This document shows, in pieces, positions 36,776-46,490 of a stretch of DNA of 64,000 bases. The DNA comes from an uncultured Smithella sp. (GTDB lineage Bacteria > Desulfobacterota > Syntrophia > Syntrophales > Smithellaceae): contig CAZJMX010000007.1 of the NCBI GenBank assembly GCA_964547345.1, positions 35,791 through 99,790 of the forward strand. Reading direction: 5' to 3'. Numbering within the stretch: the stretch's first letter is position 1; every line of letters begins with the position of its first letter. The notes beneath the pieces were generated by a model. The model did no database searches. It saw only the letters and a program-made list of their open reading frames with translations, and was not told where the DNA came from. The translations under genes and the position numbers were made by a program.

Positions 36776-39072
36776 TACTTGCCTCCTGCAGTAACATCAA
36801 CAATCTTCATCGTATCGTTGCCGAAGATGTCCACGACTTTGACGGCGATTTTGTAGCGGCCCGGTTGACATTCATGATAGGGCGTTTGCAATTCCAGCGA
36901 ACGGTCTTTTTTGGTGCGGAAAGACTGCCATTCATTTTCAAAGATGAAATCGCCCGTCCACTTTTCTTCCATCTCGCCGCTGGCTTCATCTTTAACCCGG
37001 ACAATCTCGCGCTTGCTTTCAAAATTAAAATCCACACTCCAGTAGTCAATCCAGTCCGTCCATTTTTTTGTCAACACTTCACGGGTGACGATGCCGTTTT
37101 TATCTTTACTTACCTTGATGATTTTCCCCTGCTCGACAACGATTTTATTTTTGCCGTCCTTGAGCGTTTGCGCCGCATTATCAACACTGTCCTGAGAATA
37201 GAAAACAGAAAAATCGGTTAACTCGACGGCCAGCGCCGGAAGCGTCCCTTTTTTACCGCTGCGGACAAGCGGCTTGACTTCGATGTAGGAAACATCGTGG
37301 AAGACAACTTGATTTTTTTCTATAGCGCGTTTATCGAAGACTTCGCGGGGAATGTATTTGAGCGCCAGGTCAATGCCCTTGGCTTTGGCTTCTTCCTGAA
37401 TGTTGGGGAAAAGGCCCATTTCAAATTCAAAGGCCAGAATATCCACGCGGGAAATGCGTTTTTCGCGGCACTCCAAAATGATTTCTTCCACAAACAGGCG
37501 CGTCACCGGCAGGTTAATCGGTCCAACGGACACCAACCTCCCGGCTTTCTTGCCGTGGAAGCATCTGAAGTTTTCCGCGCCTTCCGCCTTGTAGGCTTTG
37601 AGGATCAAGGCAATGAAGTCTTTTTCTTTTTGTTCAAGTTGCTGCTGGCGTTCTTCTTCGCGCAGATTCATGTTGACGCCGATGTAATGCGCCCGCTCGT
37701 ATTTACCCAGATTGAGGATTTCAAAAGCCCGGAAGTCCTTGCCGTCCGCTTTGAGTTGCCGCTGGACACCGATCAGCCGCTTGCGTGTGGTGTGAATGGC
37801 AAACTTGCCCAGATCGGAGCCAATCCATTTGCGGCCCAGCTTTTCGGCGACGGCCATTGTTGTACCGGAGCCACAGAAGAAGTCAGCCACGATGTCGTTT
37901 TCGTTAGAACTGGCTTTTATAATGCGGTCGAGAAGGGCTTCTGGTTTTTGGGTGGGGTAGTCAATTTTTTCCTTTGCTTGAGAATTGACAGGGAATACAT
38001 CATCCCACAAATTTTGAACAGGTTTACCTTTCCATTCGTCTAAGAATTGTTTTCTCATTAATCTTTTTGATTTATCTTGTGGAAAATATAATCTTCCTTC
38101 TTTGTCCATTTGCTCCATTCGTTCTCTAGAAACAGCCCATCCTTTTTCTGGTGGAGCAAATCCTTTATATTCGTATTTCAGTGTGGGTCTATTTGCCGGG
38201 TTGCTTAAATCGCCGAGCTTGTAAACCCTTCCATCTGTTTCTTTATATGTGTATCGTTCCTTTATGTAATCCTCTGTGTCTACAGTTGTAAATTGCGGAA
38301 TAAAGGTAAATTCATCAGATTTGTTGTAATAGAATAAAAAATCAGTTGTAATTCCAAATTGATTTGTCTTTTGTACTATACCTGATCTTCTTTTCCATAC
38401 AACCATGCTATTAAATCCATTTTCACCAAATATTTCATCCAACACTAGTTTTAAAAAGCTACCTACCCTCACATCACAATGCACATAAATATTTCCATTG
38501 TCCGCCAGCAAATCACGCATCAGCACCAATCGTTCGTAAACCATGGCAATGAAACTATCGGCACCCTTACCCCAGGTGTCGCGATAGGCCAACTCTTCAA
38601 GTACATTTGGCTTTTTGGTAAAGGTCTCACTTGCCCCGCTGGCGGGGTCGCCGATTTCAATGTCCATAGAGAAATCTGCTCCCACATCAAACGGTGGGTC
38701 GATGTATATGAGCTTGATGCCGCCTTGCTTTTCAATTTCATCGCGGATTGGGCCGTTTTTCAAACTCGAAAGGATGAGTTTGTTGTCTCCCCAGATGAGT
38801 TTGTTCGTCCAGCCGGATTTCTGACGGCCCCGGAAATCAAACAGGTCGCCCTGTGCTCCCGTATCCGCCTGCTTCTCCGCGCGTGGCTCGTCAATCTGCT
38901 CAATCACCTGAAAAGGCAGAACGATGTTGGTCACTTCATTGGTCTTCCCGTTCCAGATCAATTCCACTTCCCGCTTGTCGTCGAACAGCAAAAACCGGTA
39001 TTTGTCCGGCAGGGGCTTTTCCGCCTCAATGAGCTTCAATATTTCCCGCTTCTCATTATCCGTCAGTTTCAC
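36775..39072 (-). CDS. mod: Type III-like DNA methyltransferase Mod (beta-class N6-adenine/N4-cytosine MTase) with a long C-terminal extension
   Basis: GTG start preceded by AAAGGTG. Motif IV IYIDPPF precedes motif I FFCGSGTT (beta-class order). About 360 aa follow motif I. Confidence 0.85.
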   Translation of the reverse strand: MKLTDNEKREILKLIEAEKPLPDKYRFLLFDDKREVELIWNGKTNEVTNIVLPFQVIEQIDEPRAEKQADTGAQGDLFDFRGRQKSGWTNKLIWGDNKLILSSLKNGPIRDEIEKQGGIKLIYIDPPFDVGADFSMDIEIGDPASGASETFTKKPNVLEELAYRDTWGKGADSFIAMVYERLVLMRDLLADNGNIYVHCDVRVGSFLKLVLDEIFGENGFNSMVVWKRRSGIVQKTNQFGITTDFLFYYNKSDEFTFIPQFTTVDTEDYIKERYTYKETDGRVYKLGDLSNPANRPTLKYEYKGFAPPEKGWAVSRERMEQMDKEGRLYFPQDKSKRLMRKQFLDEWKGKPVQNLWDDVFPVNSQAKEKIDYPTQKPEALLDRIIKASSNENDIVADFFCGSGTTMAVAEKLGRKWIGSDLGKFAIHTTRKRLIGVQRQLKADGKDFRAFEILNLGKYERAHYIGVNMNLREEERQQQLEQKEKDFIALILKAYKAEGAENFRCFHGKKAGRLVSVGPINLPVTRLFVEEIILECREKRISRVDILAFEFEMGLFPNIQEEAKAKGIDLALKYIPREVFDKRAIEKNQVVFHDVSYIEVKPLVRSGKKGTLPALAVELTDFSVFYSQDSVDNAAQTLKDGKNKIVVEQGKIIKVSKDKNGIVTREVLTKKWTDWIDYWSVDFNFESKREIVRVKDEASGEMEEKWTGDFIFENEWQSFRTKKDRSLELQTPYHECQPGRYKIAVKVVDIFGNDTMKIVDVTAGGK

Positions 39073-39235
39073 TCTAGCACCTTTTTAATTGAATATTCGC
39101 GACCTACTGCATTATGAAGGTTGTATTAACCTTTTTATATCCAACCTCATTACTGACTGTCCCAACATTTTAATGAAACGATGATGTAAAGTATAGAAAA
39201 CAATGAGAATAAGCAATAAAAAGTTATTTATCGAT

Positions 39236-39265
39236 TTGAAATATTTATTTCCGGCGTGCTATAGT
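39236..39265 (+). promoter_or_regulatory. Candidate sigma-70 promoter in the 529-bp AT-rich spacer
   Basis: TTGAAA (39236..39241), an 18-nt spacer, then TATAGT (39260..39265). Found by eye in AT-rich DNA, so the false-positive risk is high. Confidence 0.25.
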
Positions 39266-39601
39266 CTCGCATGAAATGGCGCGGAGATGGCCGATGAATT
39301 CCTTGGGGATAGAGCTGAAAATGGCGGTTATCCGCCGGTGGCAACGCCAATTGTTTTGTTTCGGCTTGATGAATGATGGGAATTCCTAACACGTTGAATG
39401 CATCTTTTTCAGTATTTTTAGCAGGTTGGATGTGAGAAACATCACAGAAAATGAACAAAGTCGCCGCCTGAGGATTGAAGACAAAGGAGAACCTGTCTCC
39501 TTGACCAATTGCAGCTTGTCTTTACCGCATGCCATGTGGTAAATTGACAGGTAAAGGTAAATATATTTGTTTTTGCCGCCCAAAAGAAAAGGAGGGCAAG
39601 C

Positions 39602-40381
39602 ATGCAATCTGCCGATGTTTCCAGACAGGATTTGTTCAAGGCTTGTGAATCGCTTTTCGGAACTGATATTGATGTATCGGTCGAGTTTCTACAGTATCTG
39701 AAACCGGCCGGACTAAAGGCGGCTTACCGCAAGAAAGCTCTCGAGACGCATCCCGACCGGGCGGTCATCGTATCCGGCCAACCGGATTTTCTGGAGAAGC
39801 GCTTCAAGGAAGTCAGTCTGGCCTATCAGATGCTGCTTGAATTTCTGGCTGCTCCCTGGATGTATTCACTCGACGAAAAGGGCGCGCTCTATGTGAGAAA
39901 ACAACCGCCCCGTCCGGCGCGGCCTGCGAGTCCGGCAGCGCGCCCCGCCGCCCGACCCAAGACAAATAAACCCTTTGCCGAGCCTTTTTACGCGGGACGC
40001 ATGCCCACCCGGCGGCTGCTTTTCGGCCAGTATCTTTACTACGGAGGTCATATTTCACTTTCCACGCTGATCAAGGCCATTGTCTGGCAGAGGTTGCAGC
40101 GGCCTTCCGTGGGCGCCATTGCCGTGAGCTGGAGCTGGCTTGCAGGAACCGACATCCTGGATATTCTTCGCAGCCGGAAGTACGGCGAAAAATTCGGCGA
40201 CTGCGCGTTGCGATTGGGGCGTCTTTCGCGCTATCAGGTATCCCGTCTGCTCGATAAGCAAAAAACAGCACAGCCGTTGATCGGCAAATTTTTCACCGAG
40301 CAAAACATTATTTCATCCGCACAGGTTTTCAAACGCATTGTCGACATGAAGATGCACAATAAGAAATACTGGACGTATTAG
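39602..40381 (+). CDS. J-domain (DnaJ-like) protein with a Pro-rich linker and a C-terminal helical-repeat domain
   Basis: AAAGGAGGG RBS. J-domain with AYRKKALETHPDR (HPD). Linker PPRPARPASPAARPAARP. The C-terminus has three (F/I)Gxx(L/F)xxxGx(I/L)Sxxx(L/V)xxx(I/L)xxQ-like units. Confidence 0.75.
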   Translation: MQSADVSRQDLFKACESLFGTDIDVSVEFLQYLKPAGLKAAYRKKALETHPDRAVIVSGQPDFLEKRFKEVSLAYQMLLEFLAAPWMYSLDEKGALYVRKQPPRPARPASPAARPAARPKTNKPFAEPFYAGRMPTRRLLFGQYLYYGGHISLSTLIKAIVWQRLQRPSVGAIAVSWSWLAGTDILDILRSRKYGEKFGDCALRLGRLSRYQVSRLLDKQKTAQPLIGKFFTEQNIISSAQVFKRIVDMKMHNKKYWTY

Positions 40382-40441
40382 AAAATCTTTTGTAGGCTTC
40401 TTAAAATAAATTAAAGGAAACCACCTCCCGTGATCGCACAA

Positions 40442-41611
40442 ATGACCAAAAGCCACGCCGTCGGCTTGTGCCGGCTCTCTATTTTCTCACTGTTTGTTTT
40501 ATCGCTTATTTTCGCGTTACCCAACGCGCAGGCACAACCCCTTTCGGACAGTTCCAGTCCCGTCACGGCCGCCGCCATGAAGCTGATCGACTTCGCCACA
40601 GATTCCAAAACCACAATCGACGCCAAAGCGATAGCGACGCTTGCGGATTTTGTAATTGAATCCAAATCGGCCAAGGAAGTCGAACTTCCCAAAATCCGCA
40701 AAGCCATCGGCGCGTATTGCGAATTCGACACCAAAATCGATTTCCCCGCTTTTCTGCAATATTCTTACACAAGCCAAATCCCGGCCACCCTGACCAGTCC
40801 GGCTTCTTTGCGGTATTCGTTATGGAGCGGCGCCGGGGGGGAGCCGCACAAATTACCGGATACCTGGAAATTACTTGCGCCGGATGCTCCGCCGCTCGTC
40901 ATTCGCGGAAGGCAGCATGACGGCATCACGCCCGACCTCACCACCGAAATCTATTATGAATATAACCTCGTGCGGACCCTGATATTATTCAACCACAAAG
41001 GACGGCATGTGCTCATTTCCATTTCCAAGCAGGCGGATATCTCCGATGTCGGGAAAAAGGGATTTATTCTGGGAAGCGACGATGACTGGAATTATCATTA
41101 TACAAACGAAATCGGCTCGGCCAAAGCGGGCTTGGGCTGGGTCAAATCCTATATCTACGACTTTTTTTCCGTGTCTGTCTATGTGGAAGCCGGGTCTTCT
41201 CCGCCACAGGTCCGATCCGGTGTTTTTCAGTGGATTCGCGCCGGCTGGTCCGGGATCAATTTTGCAAAGCCTGAACACGTTATCAAGGGGATCAAGCGGC
41301 ATGCCAAGCATTCCAGATCGATTTTGGAATCGCCCAAACTGCCCGCACCCGGACAGATCACCGCAACCTACCGGCGGCTCTCCGCCTTATCCCGGCAGGA
41401 GTTGATCGAAAGATACGCAGCGCTGCAACAAGCCCGGCATGATCAGGCAATCATCACCGGCAAAATTGACAAAAAAGAAACTCTCGGGCAAAACGCCTGG
41501 GCCAGTACACCCAAAGAACAAATCATCGAGGCGTTGATGCTGGAATATTTCAAATCAGCTCTGGGCAAGTCTTCCCTGTTGGGAAAAAAGCTTGCGGCAA
41601 TGATCCACTAA
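40442..41611 (+). CDS. Secreted protein of unknown function
   Basis: Signal peptide ...LSLIFALPNAQA/QP. No motif recognised. An alternative GTG start is at 40430. Confidence 0.6.
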   Translation: MTKSHAVGLCRLSIFSLFVLSLIFALPNAQAQPLSDSSSPVTAAAMKLIDFATDSKTTIDAKAIATLADFVIESKSAKEVELPKIRKAIGAYCEFDTKIDFPAFLQYSYTSQIPATLTSPASLRYSLWSGAGGEPHKLPDTWKLLAPDAPPLVIRGRQHDGITPDLTTEIYYEYNLVRTLILFNHKGRHVLISISKQADISDVGKKGFILGSDDDWNYHYTNEIGSAKAGLGWVKSYIYDFFSVSVYVEAGSSPPQVRSGVFQWIRAGWSGINFAKPEHVIKGIKRHAKHSRSILESPKLPAPGQITATYRRLSALSRQELIERYAALQQARHDQAIITGKIDKKETLGQNAWASTPKEQIIEALMLEYFKSALGKSSLLGKKLAAMIH

Positions 41612-41649
41612 CTTCCGGTAGACGACGTCTTCAGACAAGCAGCATCGCT

Positions 41650-42456
41650 CTATGCCTTCATCCGTTTTTTGACCAGCATCGTTAAAAAATAGAAAAAACC
41701 CGCGATCAAAATGATGGTCGCGCCGGAGGCCACATCCAGATAGTACGAAAGAATCAAGCCCGAGCAGGTGAACAAAGCGGCCCACAAAGGGGAGATGAAC
41801 ATCATTTTGGTAAGTGAGCTGACCCATTGCTTGCTGATTGCCGCCGGAATCGTCAAAAGCGCGATCACTAAAATGATGCCGACGATCCGGATTAAAATCA
41901 CCACCGTGAGCGCAATGAGCGCCAAAAGGCCCAGATACAGCCAGAAGACCGGCAGGCCGGAGGCCAGCGCGTATTCCTCATCAAAGGCAATGGCCTGAAA
42001 CTCCCGGTGCAAAATTAAAACAGACCCGATAATCACAACGTCCAGAAGCAGAAGAATATAAATATCCGTTTTCGAAACGGTCAAAATATTGCCAAATAAA
42101 TAGCTGAAAAGATCAGGCGCGTAGCCGGGCGTAAGCCCGATAAAAATGATCCCCAGCGCCATGCCGAGCGACCAGAAAACACCGATGGTCGTGTCTTCGG
42201 CGGCCTTTGATTTCTGGCTGATCACACCGATCAAAATCGCGGCGGCCAAACTAAACGGCGTGACCGCCCACAAGGGGTTAATGCCCAGCCAATACCCCAG
42301 TCCGATTCCACCGAAGGCGGCATGCGATATGCCACCCGCGATAAAGACAATCCTTTTCACCACCACATACGTGCCGACAATACCGCAGGCCAGACTGGCC
42401 AGAAGCGCGGCAAGCAAGGCGTTTTGCATAAATTCAAATTGCATAAGTTCAATCAT
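41650..42456 (-). CDS. znuB: Metal (zinc-type) ABC transporter permease
   Basis: 268-aa polytopic membrane protein of the ABC-3 family pattern, in an operon with an ATPase, a binding protein and a Fur-family regulator. Confidence 0.8.
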   Translation of the reverse strand: MIELMQFEFMQNALLAALLASLACGIVGTYVVVKRIVFIAGGISHAAFGGIGLGYWLGINPLWAVTPFSLAAAILIGVISQKSKAAEDTTIGVFWSLGMALGIIFIGLTPGYAPDLFSYLFGNILTVSKTDIYILLLLDVVIIGSVLILHREFQAIAFDEEYALASGLPVFWLYLGLLALIALTVVILIRIVGIILVIALLTIPAAISKQWVSSLTKMMFISPLWAALFTCSGLILSYYLDVASGATIILIAGFFYFLTMLVKKRMKA

Positions 42457-43210
42457 GGCGATGCTCCCGGATCACCCGGTGCGGCACGCCGTGGGCAATC
42501 AACTCCACCGGACAGGCGTACATTCTTTCCAGATCTTTCTCGTTGATTTCCTTGGAATCGTGATAAAACATCTCAACGCTTAAACAGGCAATCTTGTCCA
42601 CATAGCTCGCGATCACGCCGATGTCATGGGTCACCAAAACGATGGTGAGATTTTGCTTGATCTGTTGGAGTAATTGATAAATGCCGGTCTGCATTTTGAC
42701 ATCCACGCTCGCCGTCGGCTCGTCCATTAAAAGCATCCGGGGCTTTCCGGCCAGCGCCCTGGCGACAAAGACCCTTTGTCTTTGCCCTTCGGACAACTGG
42801 CCGATCTGCCGATCTTTATAACTCAGCATGTCGACGGACTGAAGCGCTTCGGCTGCGGCTTGGGTATCCGCGCTGTTAAAGGGGCGGCTGAATTTTCCGC
42901 AGCCGAGCCGGCCCATCAAAACCGTATCCCAAACCGTGATCGGAAAGTTTCTGTCATAAGCCGAACGCTGCGGGACATAACCGATCATGGATCGGGCCGA
43001 AACGGGGTCTGTCCCCAGAACCCTCACCTCCCCGGCCGTCGGTTTGAGCAGTCCCAGAATAATTTTGAGCAGGGTCGTTTTCCCGCCTCCGTTGGGACCG
43101 ATCACCGCCAGAAATTCTCCATCCTGAACGGTTAAGTTCACCCGGTGTAAAACATCCGTCCCGTTGTAGGCAAAACTGATATCCTTCATTTCAATGGGAT
43201 ATTGCGTCAT
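42449..43210 (-). CDS. znuC: Metal (zinc-type) ABC transporter ATP-binding protein
   Basis: Walker [10 protein letters not shown], signature LSEGQRQRV, Walker B LLMDEPT. Confidence 0.85.
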   Translation of the reverse strand: MTQYPIEMKDISFAYNGTDVLHRVNLTVQDGEFLAVIGPNGGGKTTLLKIILGLLKPTAGEVRVLGTDPVSARSMIGYVPQRSAYDRNFPITVWDTVLMGRLGCGKFSRPFNSADTQAAAEALQSVDMLSYKDRQIGQLSEGQRQRVFVARALAGKPRMLLMDEPTASVDVKMQTGIYQLLQQIKQNLTIVLVTHDIGVIASYVDKIACLSVEMFYHDSKEINEKDLERMYACPVELIAHGVPHRVIREHRHD

Positions 43211-44085
43211 TTTAATTTTCCAATCACGGCAAAAGCCATTTTTTCCATGTTCTGCAGATAATGGCCCGCCAGCGGATCGATCAAAACCACCTCGCCCTGA
43301 ATCGCCTGGGCGATCGTTTGGGCGCTTTTGATATTGAACTGCGGTTCCGCAAAAATCACGGAAATATTTTCCGCCTTCGCTTTTTTAATCAGCCGGGCGA
43401 TATCTCGGGCCGACGGCTCCTTGCCGCCCACCTCCACTGGAATCTGGGTCAGTTGAAAGTCATCGGCGAAATAACCGAATGCCGCGTGAAAAACCATGAA
43501 TTTTCTATCGCGGGTATTTTTGAGCTTGTCTGCAATTCGATCTCTCAGAGCGCGCAGTTTAAGAATATAAGCGTCGGCGTTTTTCCGGTACTGCGTCTCA
43601 CTTGCCGGATCCACTTGAATCAGGCCGTCGCGGATATTGCCCGCCATCACAGCAGCATTGCTAAGCGAGGTCCAGATATGGGGGTCATTGCCCGGATGAT
43701 GACGATGGACGGTTCCCTTTTCATCATCGTGGTCTTTGACCATGCCGATCAGCTGAATCCCCCGGCTGCTGTCGCACACCGTAAGCTTTCTGTTGACCGC
43801 CAGAATCTTGTCGAGCCACGTCAGCTCAAACTCGATGCCGGAACCCACCTTAACATAAAGCCTTGAGCGGCTGAGCGCTTTGAACTGTCCGGGCTTGGGT
43901 TCATACGTATGCGGGCTGCTGCCGGGCGGAACCATCACGACCACCGAAACCCGGTCTCCCCCGATCTGCTCGACAAATTCCACAAGCGGGGCAATCGTCA
44001 CGGCGACGTTAATCTTATCCTGAGCCTCGACATAACCTGCGAGTGCAAAGAAAACGATGAGCATCATCCAAATTTTTCTGAACAT
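43207..44085 (-). CDS. znuA: Periplasmic metal-binding protein (cluster A-I, ZnuA-like) with a His-rich loop
   Basis: ATG 44085 preceded by AAGGAGAG. Signal peptide MFRKIWMMLIVFFALAGYVEA. His/Asp-rich loop DHDDEKGTVHRHHPGNDPH. Confidence 0.8.
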   Translation of the reverse strand: MFRKIWMMLIVFFALAGYVEAQDKINVAVTIAPLVEFVEQIGGDRVSVVVMVPPGSSPHTYEPKPGQFKALSRSRLYVKVGSGIEFELTWLDKILAVNRKLTVCDSSRGIQLIGMVKDHDDEKGTVHRHHPGNDPHIWTSLSNAAVMAGNIRDGLIQVDPASETQYRKNADAYILKLRALRDRIADKLKNTRDRKFMVFHAAFGYFADDFQLTQIPVEVGGKEPSARDIARLIKKAKAENISVIFAEPQFNIKSAQTIAQAIQGEVVLIDPLAGHYLQNMEKMAFAVIGKLK

Positions 44086-44096
44086 CGAACCTCTCC

Positions 44097-44519
44097 TTAC
44101 TTGTCCGTACAACTGCCGCAAAGGCCGTTCACCTGAAGCAGATGCGACAGAATTTTCCCGCCGTATTTTTTACTGACCTCCCGGTCCAGTTTCTCGGCGG
44201 CGCAAAAATCAAGATCCTGCACTTTGCCGCAGGCAATACAGATAAAATGATGATGGTGATGGTGCTTGTCGCACAAAAAATAATACAGCTGGCGGTTGGG
44301 ATGAATGATCCGGCTGATGATCCCCGCCTCGACCAATTCCTCAAGATTACGATAAACCGTGGGCAACCCCAGCTTTTTAAATCGCTTCTTTAAATGGTCC
44401 CATATCTCGCGCGGCCCCATATAAACAGACACGGCCGACAACAATTCCATTAACGCGATTCGCTTGGGCGTCGCTTTCAAATTGCTGTTTTTCAAAGCAT
44501 CGACATGGCTTTCGAACAT
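44097..44519 (-). CDS. zur: Fur-family metalloregulator (Zur-like)
   Basis: TPKRIALMELL DNA-binding helix pattern. CDKHHHHHHFICIACG metal-site region. Context upstream of znuACB. Confidence 0.8.
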   Translation of the reverse strand: MFESHVDALKNSNLKATPKRIALMELLSAVSVYMGPREIWDHLKKRFKKLGLPTVYRNLEELVEAGIISRIIHPNRQLYYFLCDKHHHHHHFICIACGKVQDLDFCAAEKLDREVSKKYGGKILSHLLQVNGLCGSCTDK

Positions 44520-44539
44520 TTTCCGTCACATTTCCAAAT

Positions 44540-44551
44540 GAAATTGATTTC
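44540..44551. promoter_or_regulatory. Candidate Fur/Zur box upstream of zur
   Basis: Inverted repeat GAAAT-TG-ATTTC within AAATGAAATTGATTTCTG, about 20 nt upstream of the zur start codon. Confidence 0.35.
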
Positions 44552-44734
44552 TGTTTGCTGTCTTATCCACTACAACGGGTTTTTTGTCAAGAACGTCTCT
44601 GGTCCAATTTATACTCCGGCAGGTTCTATCCATCCAATAGAACCGTTGCTGATGCTCAGGAATCAGACAACTTTTTTAGCATAACTTGTATCAAAGTTTC
44701 AGTAATTTTAAATATCAGACGATATAGAGCAAGT

Positions 44735-46135
44735 ATGGAAGATATAACTGTAAAATGGAAAACCAGGGAAAGCGCCGATATTGTCCTGAAAGTTCGGGAA
44801 GCCCAGATTCAACAGCTCTATAAGCAAACCTGGGTCGGCCTGACCGGTATCCTTGTAATAACATTGTCTGTTTGCATCGCCTTGTGGCAAGTCATTCCGC
44901 ATTGGAAACTTTTATTGTGGACGGGTGTCTTGGTTCTGCTCACCATGGCAAGAGGTATCGTTACCGCTATTTTTCACCAAAAAGCACCGAGCGGGTCTGA
45001 AATTCATCGTTGGGCAAGATTGCATGTAATCGGCGTTAGCGCATCAGGTCTGATGTGGGCTTTGCCGTCCTTGTTTTTGTGGCCCGGGCATTCTCCCGTA
45101 CATCAGCAGATCTGGCCCATATGCATTGTGGCCCTGAGCGCTTCTGCGGTGGCAACGTATTGCACGTGGACACCCTCCTACATGTCATTTCTCCTCCTGT
45201 CTGCCGTGCCGCTATCGCTCAGATTACTGTCGGAAGGCGGGGTCGTCTACGTTATTCTGGGTCTGCTGGCGTTGTTTTTCATCGCTGTTTTGTCGCAGAC
45301 AGGTAAGGCGATGCATGAATCGAGTTTGCGAGCGCTTTTAATAGGCATTCGCAATGAAGCACTGAGTTCATTTTTATCTGAGGAGAAAGCAAAGCAGGAA
45401 GAACTCACGCACAAGTTGCAGGTAGCCCATGACCAGCTTCACCAGATCAGCCTGACGGATGAGCTGACAGGCTTGCGGAACCGGCGTTTCCTGAACGCAA
45501 CCATTCAGGAAGATGTGACCCAGGTCATCCGGACCTATGACCACCTCCATCAAGGCCTCGAAAAACGCATCCCGACCAACATTGACATCGTGTTTATCAT
45601 TGTGGATCTGGACCATTTCAAGGTCGTAAACGACACCTACGGCCACGTTGCCGGAGATCAAGTGCTCATGCAAATGAGCCATATTCTGACAGAGGTGTCA
45701 CGCGACACAGATACTGTCATTCGCTGGGGTGGGGAAGAATTCATGGTGGTCGCCCGGAATGTTTGCCGCGATCATTATATATTTCTGCTCGAACGCATCC
45801 GGCAGGCAGTGGAAATCCACTCGTTTGACATCGGCATGGAAAAACCGATTCACCTCACCTGTTCCCTGGGCGCCGCTGTGTTTCCTTTTCTCTTGAAATG
45901 CCCGGAAGCACTGAGTTGGGACGGGGTGGTGGAACTGGCCGATGCCAGTCTGTATGCGGCAAAGCGTTCGGGACGTAATGCCTGGGTCGGCATCATCCCT
46001 ACCGATCTGGCCACAACCGAAGATCTCACGCCCAATCTTGCCAAACATCTGCCGGATCTTATTGAACAGGGTAAACTGAAAATGGAGACCAGCCTGCCTG
46101 ACACTGGCGTCATTTGCTGGGCCGATCTATCATAG
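44735..46135 (+). CDS. Membrane-anchored diguanylate cyclase (GGDEF)
   Basis: ATG 44735. An N-terminal multi-TM region, a coiled linker, then GGDEF with GGEEF and an I-site RDTD five residues upstream. Confidence 0.85.
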   Translation: MEDITVKWKTRESADIVLKVREAQIQQLYKQTWVGLTGILVITLSVCIALWQVIPHWKLLLWTGVLVLLTMARGIVTAIFHQKAPSGSEIHRWARLHVIGVSASGLMWALPSLFLWPGHSPVHQQIWPICIVALSASAVATYCTWTPSYMSFLLLSAVPLSLRLLSEGGVVYVILGLLALFFIAVLSQTGKAMHESSLRALLIGIRNEALSSFLSEEKAKQEELTHKLQVAHDQLHQISLTDELTGLRNRRFLNATIQEDVTQVIRTYDHLHQGLEKRIPTNIDIVFIIVDLDHFKVVNDTYGHVAGDQVLMQMSHILTEVSRDTDTVIRWGGEEFMVVARNVCRDHYIFLLERIRQAVEIHSFDIGMEKPIHLTCSLGAAVFPFLLKCPEALSWDGVVELADASLYAAKRSGRNAWVGIIPTDLATTEDLTPNLAKHLPDLIEQGKLKMETSLPDTGVICWADLS

Positions 46136-46490
46136 CCCAGAGAAGCAACGGAGTGCCTGTCTTTGTAGTTATGCCTGGACGTTTAAAAAACAATGCGGCA
46201 GTCGTGCAACGGCCAGCAAAAACCGGCAAAGGTGCGGAGCAGCAAGGCACCTGCCGGGACGACCTGTTAGACAGTCCTCTCGATGCGGGCTGACGCGCTG
46301 CAATCGACGGGGGAACGGTCCTGTTCTCGAACAAACTTTTCAATAAGATTAAAATCCTGGTCCAAAAATTTGGGAGCATGTTGAGGCCCCCCGGCGGATC
46401 GAATCTGAATTCTTGAAGCGGATGCGGCGGCAAAGATAAAGAAGGTCGCTTATCCGATTGTTTTCCGACTCGACCGGGTCATCCAATCGG

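Larger units (their letters stand above)
33131..39072 (-). other. Type III restriction-modification gene island (mod - KilA-N gene - res), visibly AT-richer than its flanks
   Basis: Three co-directional minus-strand genes. Composition shifts abruptly at 33129/33130 and fades in the 39073..39601 non-coding stretch. No integrase or transposase is present. Confidence 0.75.

Noticed and set aside
37297-38043. 248-aa plus-strand ORF inside mod, with similar ones at 34493..35167, 35195..35833 and 38479..39117. They caught my eye because long antisense ORFs are less expected in AT-rich DNA.
   Set aside because: They are Phe/Val/Asn-rich mirror images of a Lys/Glu/Asn-rich sense frame that carries clear MTase and helicase motifs. 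They have no RBS or start context. Codon-bias shadowing explains them.
36775-39072. Possible phase-variable (simple-sequence-repeat) control of the Type III mod gene
   Set aside because: I found no homopolymer or tetra/penta-nucleotide repeat tract in or just upstream of mod, so there is no evidence for a phasevarion.
33131-39601. Calling the R-M island a mobile element
   Set aside because: No integrase, transposase, tRNA attachment site or flanking direct or inverted repeats could be identified by eye. Only compositional evidence exists, so it is reported as an island and not as a mobile_element feature.
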